The notes under the pieces: generated by a model
What the model was told of the DNA's origin: nothing
Seen by the model: only the letters and a program-made list of their open reading frames with translations
The model's database searches: none
Assembly: GCA_036172245.1 (NCBI GenBank)
Contig: JAYWIR010000029.1
Location: 372,001 to 436,000 of the forward strand
DNA length: 64,000 bases
Source: Raillietiella orientalis
Taxonomy: Eukaryota
Direction: 5' to 3'
Made by a program: the position numbers and the translations under genes
Shown here: positions 25,501 through 37,750 of the stretch, one piece after another
Numbering within the stretch: position 1 is the stretch's first letter
How the letters are laid out: each line of letters starts with the position of its first letter

Positions 25501-28500
25501 TGACATTCCCTTATTACATCAAGACTAGCATCTGAGAAGAGTTCATTTTTATAAAAGTACTGTGATGGCCACATTGCTATTTCTGGATGCATTCTATACT
25601 GCACATTAAGTAATGAAACAGAATGTTTTAATACATTTCGACTTTTGTAAAATTTGTACATTCTCTCAAAAAATGACTGCGTAAAATTGTGATGTGAAGC
25701 TAATCTGGATTTAATTACTGGGGGCAATTGTAAAGGATCACCAATTAAAATGAGTTTTTTTATACCAAACATTAGGGGTATTAAGGATTCTAATTCAGTA
25801 CTTTGAGCAGCTTCATCAACAAAACAACAGTCCAAAAGAAAAGACTTGTGACTTCTTAAAAACACATCCATAGCACCAGTTAAGCAAGTTTTCAAAGTTG
25901 AAACAATAACATCTGCATTTTTAATTAGATTCATCCTCATATCACTTTCCTTTTTCCTGAGATCTTCTGACCCAAAGCATAACTCTGGATTTAGAAGCTT
26001 TTTCTGAAGACGCAATTTTTGATTTTCCAGCTGAGCTAATGAACACTCACATTTAGAAATGTCTTTCTTTGAAACATCTGAAGTTCCCTGGAATGACTGA
26101 AAATTTCTAAGGCCTTTAAGTTTTTCCTCCTTCAGGTTGATTGCTTTATTTAGTTGATTAATTGATAATTGTATTGCATCCGAATCATTCCAAGTGCTCA
26201 ATTCTTTTTGCATATTTTTATTCAATAAGTTTTCCATGCTATATAAACGTGCTTCAGGATGGGCTGAAATTGGTTTTCCAAGTCGCAAAAAGTTAAACGT
26301 TTTGATTTCCTTTCTTTGTTTTAAATCCTGTTTCTCAACTACTAGTCTTCGAATAAGTTCATCAACAGCTGCATTTGATGGCGCTGTTAATAAAATTTTC
26401 TTATTAGTTTTTTTCATATGTTTATCATAAATAATATTTAATATGGTTTTTACAATAAAATGTGATTTCCCTGATCCAGGAGGCCCATGTATTAACTGAA
26501 TATCTGGTACATCAGAATGCTCCAATATGCTCCTAGATACAGATAATGCTGCCTGAGTTTGGGCATGATTCATACGGGGAAAAGTGCGTTTGCTGACGTT
26601 ACACGGTGCAGGATACGGATATTTACATTCCTTTAGCAAAACATTTGATAGCAAGGGAGACTGGGCTAAGGACAATAAGGATTTATACTGATTCACATCT
26701 GGACGTATATATGCAATCCTTGTAACATCAAACATTTGCTTAGTATTAATTTTTAAAAACGCTCTTCCTTTTAATAGAATTTCGAAACTTAAAGTGATTT
26801 CCTTTGATGGTTGAAAAGATCTAGATAAATTACGAATGTAGCCAAAGCATTTCAACTTTATTTCTTCATTGGATATACACTCATCTACATTAAGTTTCAC
26901 AACACCTTCTAATGTAGTCAAATCTCCTAATTGCCACAGACTATCATTCTCATTCCCATTTAAATTGCATGTACAATAGATACATATCAACTCTGTAGTA
27001 GTACTTATGAAAATTGTTTCGCTGTGATATACTTCAACAGTTAATTTTGTAAAACTAGTTTCACTAAAATGTTTGTAATTAGCTTTAACAGTTTCCCACA
27101 ATTCTATCATATAAAGAGGATAAAATACTTGATAATACTCCTCATAAGAATTAAAGTTGATTCCTACTGATTTTAATGGCTTATTACCATAAACACCTTT
27201 AGGAGACTGACCATTTTCTTTTTCATTCAACCACATAGGATTCCATGTCAGAACATCATAAATGATTTGGTTTTTGTTCAATTCAAAATTTGATTGTGAA
27301 GGCTTTGTACATTTTTCTTCTGAATGATTAGAAACTAGTTTTCCAGATGGCTGTAGGACAGTGCTTTCAACCTGATCAGGCAATGAAGGGCGCTTGTTTG
27401 CAGTCATCGCCTTGGAGATCGAATTACTTAGCACAGACAATTTCTCATCAGAATGTTCAATTACTTGATTAATTTCCTTTCTTACTTTCACTTCTCTAGG
27501 AGTAGGTGGGTCCCCTAGGAATTTTAATTTCTTAGGAACATCAAGACTCATGTCCGAATATAGTAAATCACTTCGTGATGAACTACAAGATTTTACTTTA
27601 GGGATAAACTTTTTTGAAGATTTGCTTAAAGAATTGGTTTTGCAGTGAAGATTTCTGAATTTTATCGAAGCACTATAGCCAGAGAGATTGAATTTGTTCT
27701 TCATTTCCTCTCTGAGCCTGGATGAATTTTTTTTCAAGCAAGTCTTACGGTACATTATACTGTTATAATTTGCACACTTATTTGATTCAGTAAATGGAGC
27801 AACAGGATTTACAGGCTTTTCCGTAGTTTTTACCTTCTCTGCCGCCACATTTTCCTTGAGTTTATCACGCTCCATTTCACTTAAAATTTCTTGTGACAAC
27901 TGAGGCCAAAAATCAGAAAAAGAATCTAACTGTTTCTCCTTCTTTTTTGAATGAATAGCATTTCGTAAATCAGATTCTTTACTTAGGTGTGCATGAGACT
28001 GAATGCTGAATTCTTGGGAATGAAAGGAAGGAATAGCTTTTTGCACACATAATTGATTACTTCCTACATTTGTATTCAAAAATGAGAAATTTCGAGCACC
28101 ACGAGTATCACAGAAAGAATTCTCAACTTTTTGTACAGCAAGTTTGCATTCATCACAGTTACCTGAAAGCAAAGTTTGCTGAGCAATTTCCTTACTTTCT
28201 TCATTATTCAAAATACATGTAGAGAATGGAATGGACTGCTTTAATGGTGTTTGTACATTCAATTTAGACTGTTCATGGTTATTCAGTGTGGCATTCTCAG
28301 AAGCACAATGATTGGAGTTTGTATCAAGTAATACATATCCCTTGTCCCAATTGATTTTTTCAGTTTGCACCTTGACATCGTCACCCTTTTTTGCAGCACC
28401 TTTCTCCTCAACATTAGTAAAACTAACTATTGGTTTCACAAAGGCATCACTTGGTTCAAATGAAATAGCAGAAGCATCTTTAAAATTGCACCATACAATT

Positions 28501-30629
28501 TCAATATCTTCATCTGCACTGTTTTCCTTACTTAGATCGACAGACAATGCATTATTGGCATCAGAATCAAGGTGGTTTTCTGGATATTTTCCTGAACACT
28601 TTGTACCTTCAAGTTTATCACCATCAGCATAAGTTTTCAAGCACTTGTCCTGCGAACTTTTATTAATATTTGCATCTCTATATATTTTGCTTTGCTCAAT
28701 TTTGTTATCAGCTAATTCACAAGGTAAATTTTGAAGACTGTTATTTAAAAGAACATCACTTGGAGTACCTGCACTACTGTTTTTTTCTATCACATGTTTC
28801 CCAACAAAACTTTCAAGCACATCTACTTCATCACTTAATTTGGAAAACTTTGTTTTTGTTGAAATCCCTGCTTTCACTGGGGTTAATTTTCGTTTATGAC
28901 ACTTCACAATAGTTTCTCGTTCTTCCAAATTAAGATCAGATATAATTATGGGTTCTTCCTTGAATACTTGTCTTATCTTTTCATTAGCTTCTTTTCCATC
29001 ATCCAATGAATCTAGCAAATTTGTTGATTCCCGAATCAGCTCACCTTCATTTACTGATAAGTCAAATGGCTCTTCCTAATCTATTTTAACATTGAGTTTG
29101 GGAGCATATTCATACCTTGATGATACGAGGAGGATTTGAAACCACATAGATGTAATGTGAAGATAAAACATTATCCAAATTGGTTGGAACACCAACTCCA
29201 ATTCTACTTCCTGGATTCAACTGGACTGGTATATTTGGTGTGATTTTTACATCATCTACCCATGTTCCATTTAGACTCTATTAAAGACCATCATTTCAAA
29301 ATACAATTATGGTCCTTTAATAAAGTAGACTGCTTTTAAAATCTCAAGAACAAATTGTTTACATTCAGTGTAGTTAGTTATGTGAAATATTAAAATATTT
29401 ATTTACTTACACCCATATCACTGATTTCAATACAATGCTCTGAAACAGTTATGATGCTGTGTACTCTTGATACAAAAGTACTTTTTAAAGATATATATTT
29501 GAAATTACTTATGGGACCTTCATAAGCACAATTTTTCCCTCTTCCAAAAATCTGTGAAACAACCAAAAAGAAAATAACATGACTCACGATGGAATAAAAC
29601 TCCTTACAGTGCATAAATTTAATTTACAGTGCATAAAGTTTCTCTCCATCAAAATACTAGTAAGTGAAATTTCATCATAACTAGCAAAAATTATTCAAAA
29701 CAAAGGCATTTAATATTTTGATGATATTGAGAAATCATTTATACTTGACACATACATGTCTTCTATGAACACAAATACAAACTGAATTTGTTTCATGCTA
29801 ACAATTTCTAACAAATCTACAATTCTCCTTTAATTTTTAATACAAGATATCTATCTTATTCATATGTTATAAACTGCCCTACACTTCAATTTTCATCCAT
29901 AACAAATAATGCATTACCATGTAATCTGTAGTCTACTTGTATTTGAATTGTATATTTTATTGTTCCAATATAAAGTTATTTTTTGATAACCCTATAAGAT
30001 AAAATTCAAGTTTTTGCTTTAATCAAATGCACAAAACTTGAGCAAACCATCATTAAAAGCACATACAATTACATGCTACAGTTTCTAAATAAGATGCACC
30101 TCTAACTATGATATCTGTATTGCACTTTTAATTAAAACAAAAAGAGTCTACTTTGGAATTTAACCTTACTATTAATTCTGTTTGCACAATTTAAAATTAT
30201 TCCAATATATTAGTTCTTTCAAGTAGCAGTTTGAAAAGTGATTTCACTGAGATTCAGCAATTCAAAAGAATACTTTGAAACGATTTCATTATTGTTTAGA
30301 ATGTTCCTTCAACTGTAGAATATAATAATGCTTGAGCTGTACAATTGGATCAGATTCTTTTATGTGATAGTCATTATGCAAAATACCACATTTGCCATCA
30401 ACCAACCAAAAAAATGCGCACTATTCATGATTAATAACTTTACTATTTAAAAAAAAAAATTCCAAATACTCCAAAATTATAATGTGAATGGAAATTCAAA
30501 ACAAGAGTACAACCACACCATACTAATAAAAATTGGAATAATCATAAACATTCTTACATGATTTTCGCACAGCTTCAATCTTCCTGGATATTTAATTCTT
30601 TGCAAAAAAACATCACATGTTTGTTCCAT
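22578..30629 (-). CDS. SETX: Senataxin/Sen1-like SF1B (Upf1-like) helicase with N-terminal FHA domain (~1497 aa, 6 coding exons)
   Basis: Exons (-) 30629-30558, 29551-29411, 29277-29116, 29075-25441, 23105-22760, 22715-22578. All introns are GT-AG and frame-consistent. Helicase motifs GPPGSGKS, APSNAAVDE, VDEAAQ, LIGDPLQLPP, QYRMHPEI, TVDGFQGREKD, RLNVALTRAR. FHA motifs FGRG, SRVH, DMGSLNGTWV. Orthology to SETX is inferred. Confidence 0.85.
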
Positions 30630-33600
30630 ATTATTAAATCAACATATCTATCAAATAAATGAAGCATGCATAAATAAGTAATTAAAAAACAATATTAAAA
30701 ATCTATATATATTATTCTTCCCATAAACTGATGACATCGTGTTTAGTCTATCATTAGAACTGACTGTCTGATTCAGTTACAAAACACAAATAACAGATAC
30801 TGAAACACAAGAAGCCTTGGCGAGATCACAAAACACCATATACTCAATATTGCAGCTGTCTTGCAATAACAAATATCCTAGAACATTTACGTGGACGAAG
30901 TAAAAAAATAACGATGCTACTTGTCTAATTTTGCAACTACTTGTTTTTACAGTATGATCTTACCATTTAGCTGGATGCTTAAGTTACCTTATGCATCCTG
31001 TTATGCTAAATACATGTGAAAAGCAAATAAATATATAACAAGCAATTTGAAAGGATCAAAATCCTGTAATTCATAAAGCATTGCATCACCATTTCAAAAT
31101 TCTGTAGCATAAGCTGCATACTTCGAAATGGACTTTGAAATAGAGTACACCTTATTTACATCGCTTGCATGATACCTTAACATTACACGATTCATGTTTA
31201 TGAAGTTGACCTTCAAATCATCTGCCCCAAATTTTGGAAAATTAAGGATTTCTGAAAGCACAAATATTGGGATCGTCCAACCTCAATGAACTATGATCTC
31301 TGAAAGGGTATTTTCGTTTCTGCACTGTTGACATGTTCAATAATTTTGATTTATGCATTTCCTGAGACACACAATTACGGACACCAATTTTTACACTGAC
31401 CCAACGCGCAAAATCAACAATCAGCGCGTTTCAAAATGCATAGCTTTTGGTGGTAAATTTCACTTCTGTTACTGCACGAAGGGCAGCACGAGTGAAAACA
31501 AAAAACTCTCGGAATGCTCAGTGCTCTCCACAAATCGAAACAATATATTAATACTGATTTGAGAAAACTGTCTGCAGATAACCATTAGTTAGCAGTGGAA
31601 AAACAACCGGATCAACAGCAAAGAATACAAACGAGATAAATCAGATACAGGTTGCATCAAGTATTCATTAGATTCATATGTGTCACACAGACTTTGACAT
31701 ATGATTAATAAGGCATTTTCGAAAATGTTTCTTCCCAAGCAAGAAAAGATTAAGACATTTTGAAAAAGGAGTTCATTTTCAATATTTATGTTGTGTACGG
31801 AACTTTTCACATGAGTGTTATAATCTGAAAAGAAGGAAACATGTGATCTCTTAATAGGCAAAAGCAAGTTTTTAGATCAGAAAAATTTACTCCCAAAACT
31901 TACTTTTACTGATTTAAGTTGCTGACTAGACAAGATGAATAGAAATTTTCTAGTTGCCTTTAAAACTCAGCTTAAAATGAAAACATATATGAACGAATAT
32001 GGTTAGAATAACATACTTGTTGATTCTGTATGTCAATAGTATGAAATGTTAGTAACTGTTTAATAATCCAATGAATGTAGAAATATCCATCTCTAAGTGG
32101 AGTACCAAGAATCCGTTTTTATAAATTTGAAACAAAAGTATTTTTATTTTATTAGAGCAATAATTAAATATCAACTTTCCTTGAATCGAAAAAATTATGT
32201 ATTCTAGAAGATAGCAGTCTAACTTAATTAATAGAACGTCATATGAAAACAAGCAAATCGCCAACAAGGAGTTTTGTTGCAAATCTAAATCATAGATTTA
32301 AGCTAGACACCACTCTTGTATCAAACAGATTTTAGTACCAAACAGATTTTATAGATACTTTATGTTCCATCTCAGCATTGAAAATTCGAGCAAACTCCCA
32401 AATGTACTAATAATTCGGAAAGATATTACAGGACATCTTCTTATACATGTTTATATTATCTGTCTGAGACTGGGTTCAAAATTCATACGGATCAGAGAGG
32501 CAAATATTCTGAACAGAATAGCACGCTGAGTATAAATCAGTGGTCTTGTTGCATCCTAACTCGTCTTATTTCACAATACACATAGTTCTAAAAGTGCAGT
32601 AGAACCACCATGCTTGTTAGCGTCAAAATAAAGTCATGTTGTATGACCCTACAAGTACCAATAGCAATTGGGGTTCTGCTCAAAATATATGAATGAGAAG
32701 GAATGGAGATGGACTTTTTTCTGGTGCTTTGCCTGTTGCCGCCGATTTGACTTCAGGAAGGATTTCTATGTGCTGGTTCAATAAATCGAATGGCTGGTGA
32801 ACAGATTACTTTGGAACAGTCATTCTAAAGTCTATTTAGGAGAGATATTGCTGTATTTGGCATCATATCATCTGTAATTTCTTCAAACTCAGCAAGAGTA
32901 ATGAATGCACATAGAATGGGGTGATTCTGTATGCTAGAAGCTATTTGTGGCTATAAGGAAAATTTGGTATTAGAGAAAGACCAATCCCTGAATTCTGTGG
33001 TGTATTATCAATGAAAAGGATCTTCATATCAAAGAAATATGATGGAACCCCGAAAGCAATTATTATGTATTTTCAAAGAGAATTCTTAAGGAGAAGTTTT
33101 CCTTAAGGAAAACCAGTATGGTACTGAAATCAGTTCACTCGTGTTGCATGACAAATACTCATTTCCAGCTTTATATTCAAGTTCTGCTGCAACTTTACCG
33201 AGCTCTATACGACAATGTGAGCTGTGGTTTGCAGGTTAGAGCAAATTTTCATTTCTATTTCATTATGAAACATCAACCATTTAGTCCGATACTGTGAGAA
33301 AAAATTTAAATCTTTAGCTTATTGAGGAAGCTTAAGTAGATTAGTATTTGGACCCCTTGTCTTGATTTTGTATGGTTTGCAACCGTTGCTGGCGTTGCAA
33401 TGCTTTGATTGCTGAACTGTATTCTTCATACTAAATATATATTGGATAAGTAAATAATAGGTTTTAGCTAAACAACAGATCTTGCTGACCAAAAATAACA
33501 GACTTGAGCAAACATTTTAATGCTCTTCTTTATACTTCGATGTTCTTTATACGGTATTCTCACTAGGGTTCTGGAATACGAGATAAGAAATAACAAGCAA

Positions 33601-34514
33601 ACTAGCTAAATACTAAACTGAAGCGCTGACTGAAGTAAAATACCTGTGAAAAATTCTAGTTTTAAATCATAGACACTTATGACTTCATATTACAACTCTT
33701 TTATTACCAAAATATAAAGATTATGAAAAAAAAGTCAAAACATGTGTGAGTGCATTTAGACAGCATGCACTTAATGATTAATGAGCAAGTTTAGATGATT
33801 TAGTTTTTTTCATTTTACAACAAAGTCCTTTGACGTTCTCTTCTTTGAGAGTTGAATTTTACATTACCTTGGTTGTTAAATCTCTGAAGACAATGTCAGC
33901 TTAGGAAAATCGTTAATAAATTAGTCCATATAGAGTTAGACATAGATTCTGTTAATTCAAATCGGTTGGCTTGATGTTAAAGCTGGTACTCTCATCCAAA
34001 TGCTGGTACATCAAACGGTATCAATTAAATTAAGTAAAATTCTGCGATCTGCAAAGACAATGACAAAAAAATTACAAAAATTACTTTCTCCCTGATAGTC
34101 TACTTAAGTGAATGAGCAAAGGAACATGTTTGTATGCAAACACATGAAAATTTACTAATTCTATTTAATTTGGGTTATTTGTAAGAGTGGAGAAGTGTGG
34201 GGTTATAAACTAGAAATAGTACTAAACTCAAATGTGCAAATCATATCCCAATTTTTCCATTGCATGGTTCTGTGGATAGGCATACGAATAGAAATAGGCA
34301 ACTTCTGGATTATTATTTGTGCCCAGGTAATAATACAGAAGTGGTGGTTACTGTTATTGCTCTCTTGGCAGATCACTCCATTTCATGCACTATGATTATT
34401 TAAAGTTGTTGATACCTTGCAATGAATTACACAGCCTAGAAGTGGATCATTTGAAAATTTTAGTCAAGGACGAAACCGAAAATCGTTAATTCCCTGTGCA
34501 TGCAATTTACACAG

Positions 34515-35990
34515 TTTCCCCATTCTAACATGAGGTGAGGTATTTAATCAAAACAACTTTACAAACAAAGCAAAGCATTATCAACTGCCCTACAAAAGAA
34601 GTAGATACGATTGTATACAATCGATCTCTTGTTCTCTCACTTTTCGCCGAGCACTCATACCATCTGCAGTGTTGGGGTTTCTTTGCACTTGGGCATTCTC
34701 TTAGGGTCTTAGGATCAATGTGAATGTTCCAGACTAAGAGTCTTCCGCACGTATTTCTTTTATCAAGCCCTGTGAGAGTTTCCAGGGTGTTTAGGCTACT
34801 ACAGTTGTTCCTAGACGAAATTACGACCTGATCAAAATGCTTGCGATAAAGAAGGCACTCGTGAACATTCTTTGTCACAAGGTCGCATAAGAGCACAACC
34901 CCTTCCTCTCAGAGTTCACTCAGGATCTCTGCCCTGCTCCTCTTCTGGTCTCTCTTGCAAGCCCGTAGTCTGCTCCATCATTTCCAGTCCTGGAGTAGCG
35001 TTCGGCAGCGAACACATGGAGTTGGATTTCCCTATCGGCATTTGTCCTTGAGAACTCGTCCGCGGGTTCCCATTCAGTACTAGTGTCACACAAGAGATGG
35101 AAAATCTTGGCTTTTCAGTGGTAAATCAGATTTCCTGACATTTGTTCCAAGTCCGACTGTGTACAGTTGCATTCAAATGGAAACGAGCTTTCCAGGAGAC
35201 CGTTGCGAGTGCATGAACAGAAGGCGAATGAAATGCGTATTAAATTGAATCCAACTTCCTATTCAGTGAAATGCGGACTTAATCGCGAGGAAACGCACGA
35301 TGCTCCAGGCAGGCAGGCGATTGTGACCGTCTTTTGCTTTTGTCCAGAAAAGTATGCGTTTCAAAGAAATGATGGTTGGTTGATGTTGATTCACTACATG
35401 AGTTTTTATTCCGATTTCATCTATTTTTATCTAAGGATTGCGTGAAGAAATGACAAGTATTAACTGACATTTGTTCCAAGTTTTCAGTCAACTGAGCAGC
35501 TTTCCGATCATTGGAAAGCTGCTCAGTTGTGTGGCTTCTCGGTGTGTAGTTGTCCAACGCTGTATCAGAGACTTTCTTCATTCTGCCATAGTTCCGTCAT
35601 CATGTGGGTCTTGTGGCTTTACATTGCTTTCATACAGTCGAATCTCGTGGAGATTGCCGCTCGTTGCAAACTGTTCAGGCTATCTTATTTTCATAGCTGG
35701 TCCTAACTTGATCCATCTCCCCGTTGTCCATGCCGTGGGAAGCAAATGGGGAATCATCAGAGCCATTCTCTTTTCCAAAATTCCTAGCTTTGGGAATCAC
35801 CTCGAGCCCATTGATGTTTACCGGAGTTTGTTTCCTCAACTGCGTGATAAATGAATGTTCATCCAGTGGCCCATTTTTCTGGTTAAGGGTGCTGTTAGAC
35901 TTTAATTGTCGATCAGTTTTGCGTGGGTCCTATATATTGCATTGGGGCATTCATCTTAAATGGCTGTGGTCTGCAGAAGTTAATAGGAGT
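34515..35990 (-). mobile_element. 5'-truncated, decayed family A LINE copy 3, interrupted at 35153-35463
   Basis: Minus-strand remnants LEVIPKARNF (~LKIIPRSKEL), KSDLPLKSQD (~SDLPQDTQD), QLHVF..RTLLQDW, ETLTGL..TCGR. Ends ATTAAA-ta-CCTCA-cct-CATGT-tag-aa-TGGGG, like copies 1 and 2. Confidence 0.75.
35157..35461 (+). repeat. Left arm of a near-identical inverted repeat; flanked by an 18-bp direct repeat
   Basis: Reverse complement of 36462-36706 apart from a 60-bp indel (35288-35347) and a few substitutions. CTGACATTTGTTCCAAGT occurs at 35135-35152 and 35464-35481. Confidence 0.92.
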
Positions 35991-36461
35991 AAATTTAAAG
36001 TCAAGATTTCAAAGTAAACGTGCAGCACTCACTAGTAATAATCATCAAAAGATGAAGTCAACTACCGACGCAGTGGTTTATACAAAGTTGTGTGGTTAGA
36101 CAACAAAATTATAAGTGAACCTAAATGCAACTTTGCAGCTTCTAGTATGCTTTAGGAGAAACGTATGATACCATACAATATGAGCCCTGATCGAAGCTCT
36201 GTAAAGCACAGGAGTTATTACCATGTATTTTTGAAGGTTTAAACATTTTGGGTGTTCCGAACTAACACAAGCTCTCTTTAATGCACTGCATAAAAGGGCT
36301 CAAGTTTGTAAAGATACCTACCATGGGAACGAAAATATACAGAGGTACACGCTAAGCAATGAAATCTTATTTGTGGTATGCTATGCGGTGCCGAGATGTT
36401 TGGAGAAAACTCTGGACTGCTATTAAGGAATTAACTTAAATATATGGATTACTTCATGAGA

Positions 36462-36706
36462 AATACTTGTCATTTCTTTACGCAATCCTTAGATAAAAAT
36501 AGATGAAATCGGAATAAAAACTCATGTAGTGAATCAACATCAACCAACCATCATTTCTTTGAAACGCATACTTTTCGCGATTAAGTCCGCATTTCACTGA
36601 ATAGGAAGTTGGATTCAATTCAATACGCATTTCATTCGCCTTCTGTTCATGCACTCGCAACGGTCTCCTGGAAAGCTCGTTTCCATTTGAATGCAACTGT
36701 ACACAG
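36462..36706 (-). repeat. Right arm of the inverted repeat (lacks the 60-bp segment)
   Basis: Direct comparison with 35157-35461; also seen as the twin ORFs 35167-35445 (+) and 36478-36696 (-). Confidence 0.92.
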
Positions 36707-37750
36707 CCATATTGAAATTACACATGCTATACGAGCAGTATGAAACTGCTGCATGCTTGACAAACCAAATAGGAAAAGTGAATGTCAGTTTACAATTGCC
36801 TACTTATAATTGAAGAATTTTTTAATACTGCTATCGAGAAGGCAAAAAGGGCTGGGGAGCTGTTGAAAATGAAATGGCAGCTAAAGAACAGCTTATACTA
36901 ACATCAACAAATGCAGTCGTCAGACTTGAATGTTTTTGGGGAAGATGCTAAAATTACTTCGATGAACTTATCAGAAGAAATACTCAGACTTTAAAATGAG
37001 GTTCCCACACATCCTTCTAATCCACTTTCAATCAGAGATTTCCATTTTGTTTTTTTTATTCATCATTTTTTAATTTTCACATGAGAATCCATATCCTTGG
37101 ACCTTTTTTTTATTGTTATTTATAGCACTTCTTTGCATGGATATAGTTGCCTTGCAAATGTTACATCTTCAAGACTTTCATTAATGTAGTCATAATACAA
37201 TCCTTATATAAGTCCGATCATAAAATGTATGTATTAAAAAGATATGTATCACTTTTCTCTGCTTCTGCCACACAATGCTGCTGCCATCTGGCTATGCTGA
37301 ACTTACCTGCTAATATTGCAGAGATGCAGCATAAACTTATGACTCACCTAGCATGCTTGCAACCCAGCATTAGTCTGATATGGTTTCATTTCACAACTGG
37401 AATTTAAATTAAAAAATGCATCAGACAAGCTATTTATGTTAAAAATGAAGATACCTACTATCACGAAACTCAGGACAAATTACTTATTTATTAACTAAGG
37501 TTTTCAAAGCATTTGTATTAAAAAAGATGCATTTTGATGTTAAGGGACATAAAAAAATACATGAAAACATATCCAATTTTCATTAGAAATTGAGAAACTC
37601 TGGACAAACCAATAACTGTGAAGGTACGAGATAATAAATCGAAACATGGAAATTGATACCCATTTTGTCAAATGTTTATAGCAACAGCAAGATCCACTAT
37701 AAAATACACATTTTTAAACAATAACCAATGTAAAGCAGAGGATTAAACAA

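Noticed and set aside
30726..30778. Box C/D-like TGATGA...CTGA upstream of the SETX ATG
   Set aside because: Too short for a snoRNA, on the opposite strand to SETX, and with no recognisable guide.
35167..35445. Twin ORFs 35167-35445 (+) and 36478-36696 (-) as duplicated genes, with the 60-bp indel as an intron
   Set aside because: They simply reflect the inverted repeat. They have a TTG start and no recognisable domain, and the indel has no GT donor in any register.
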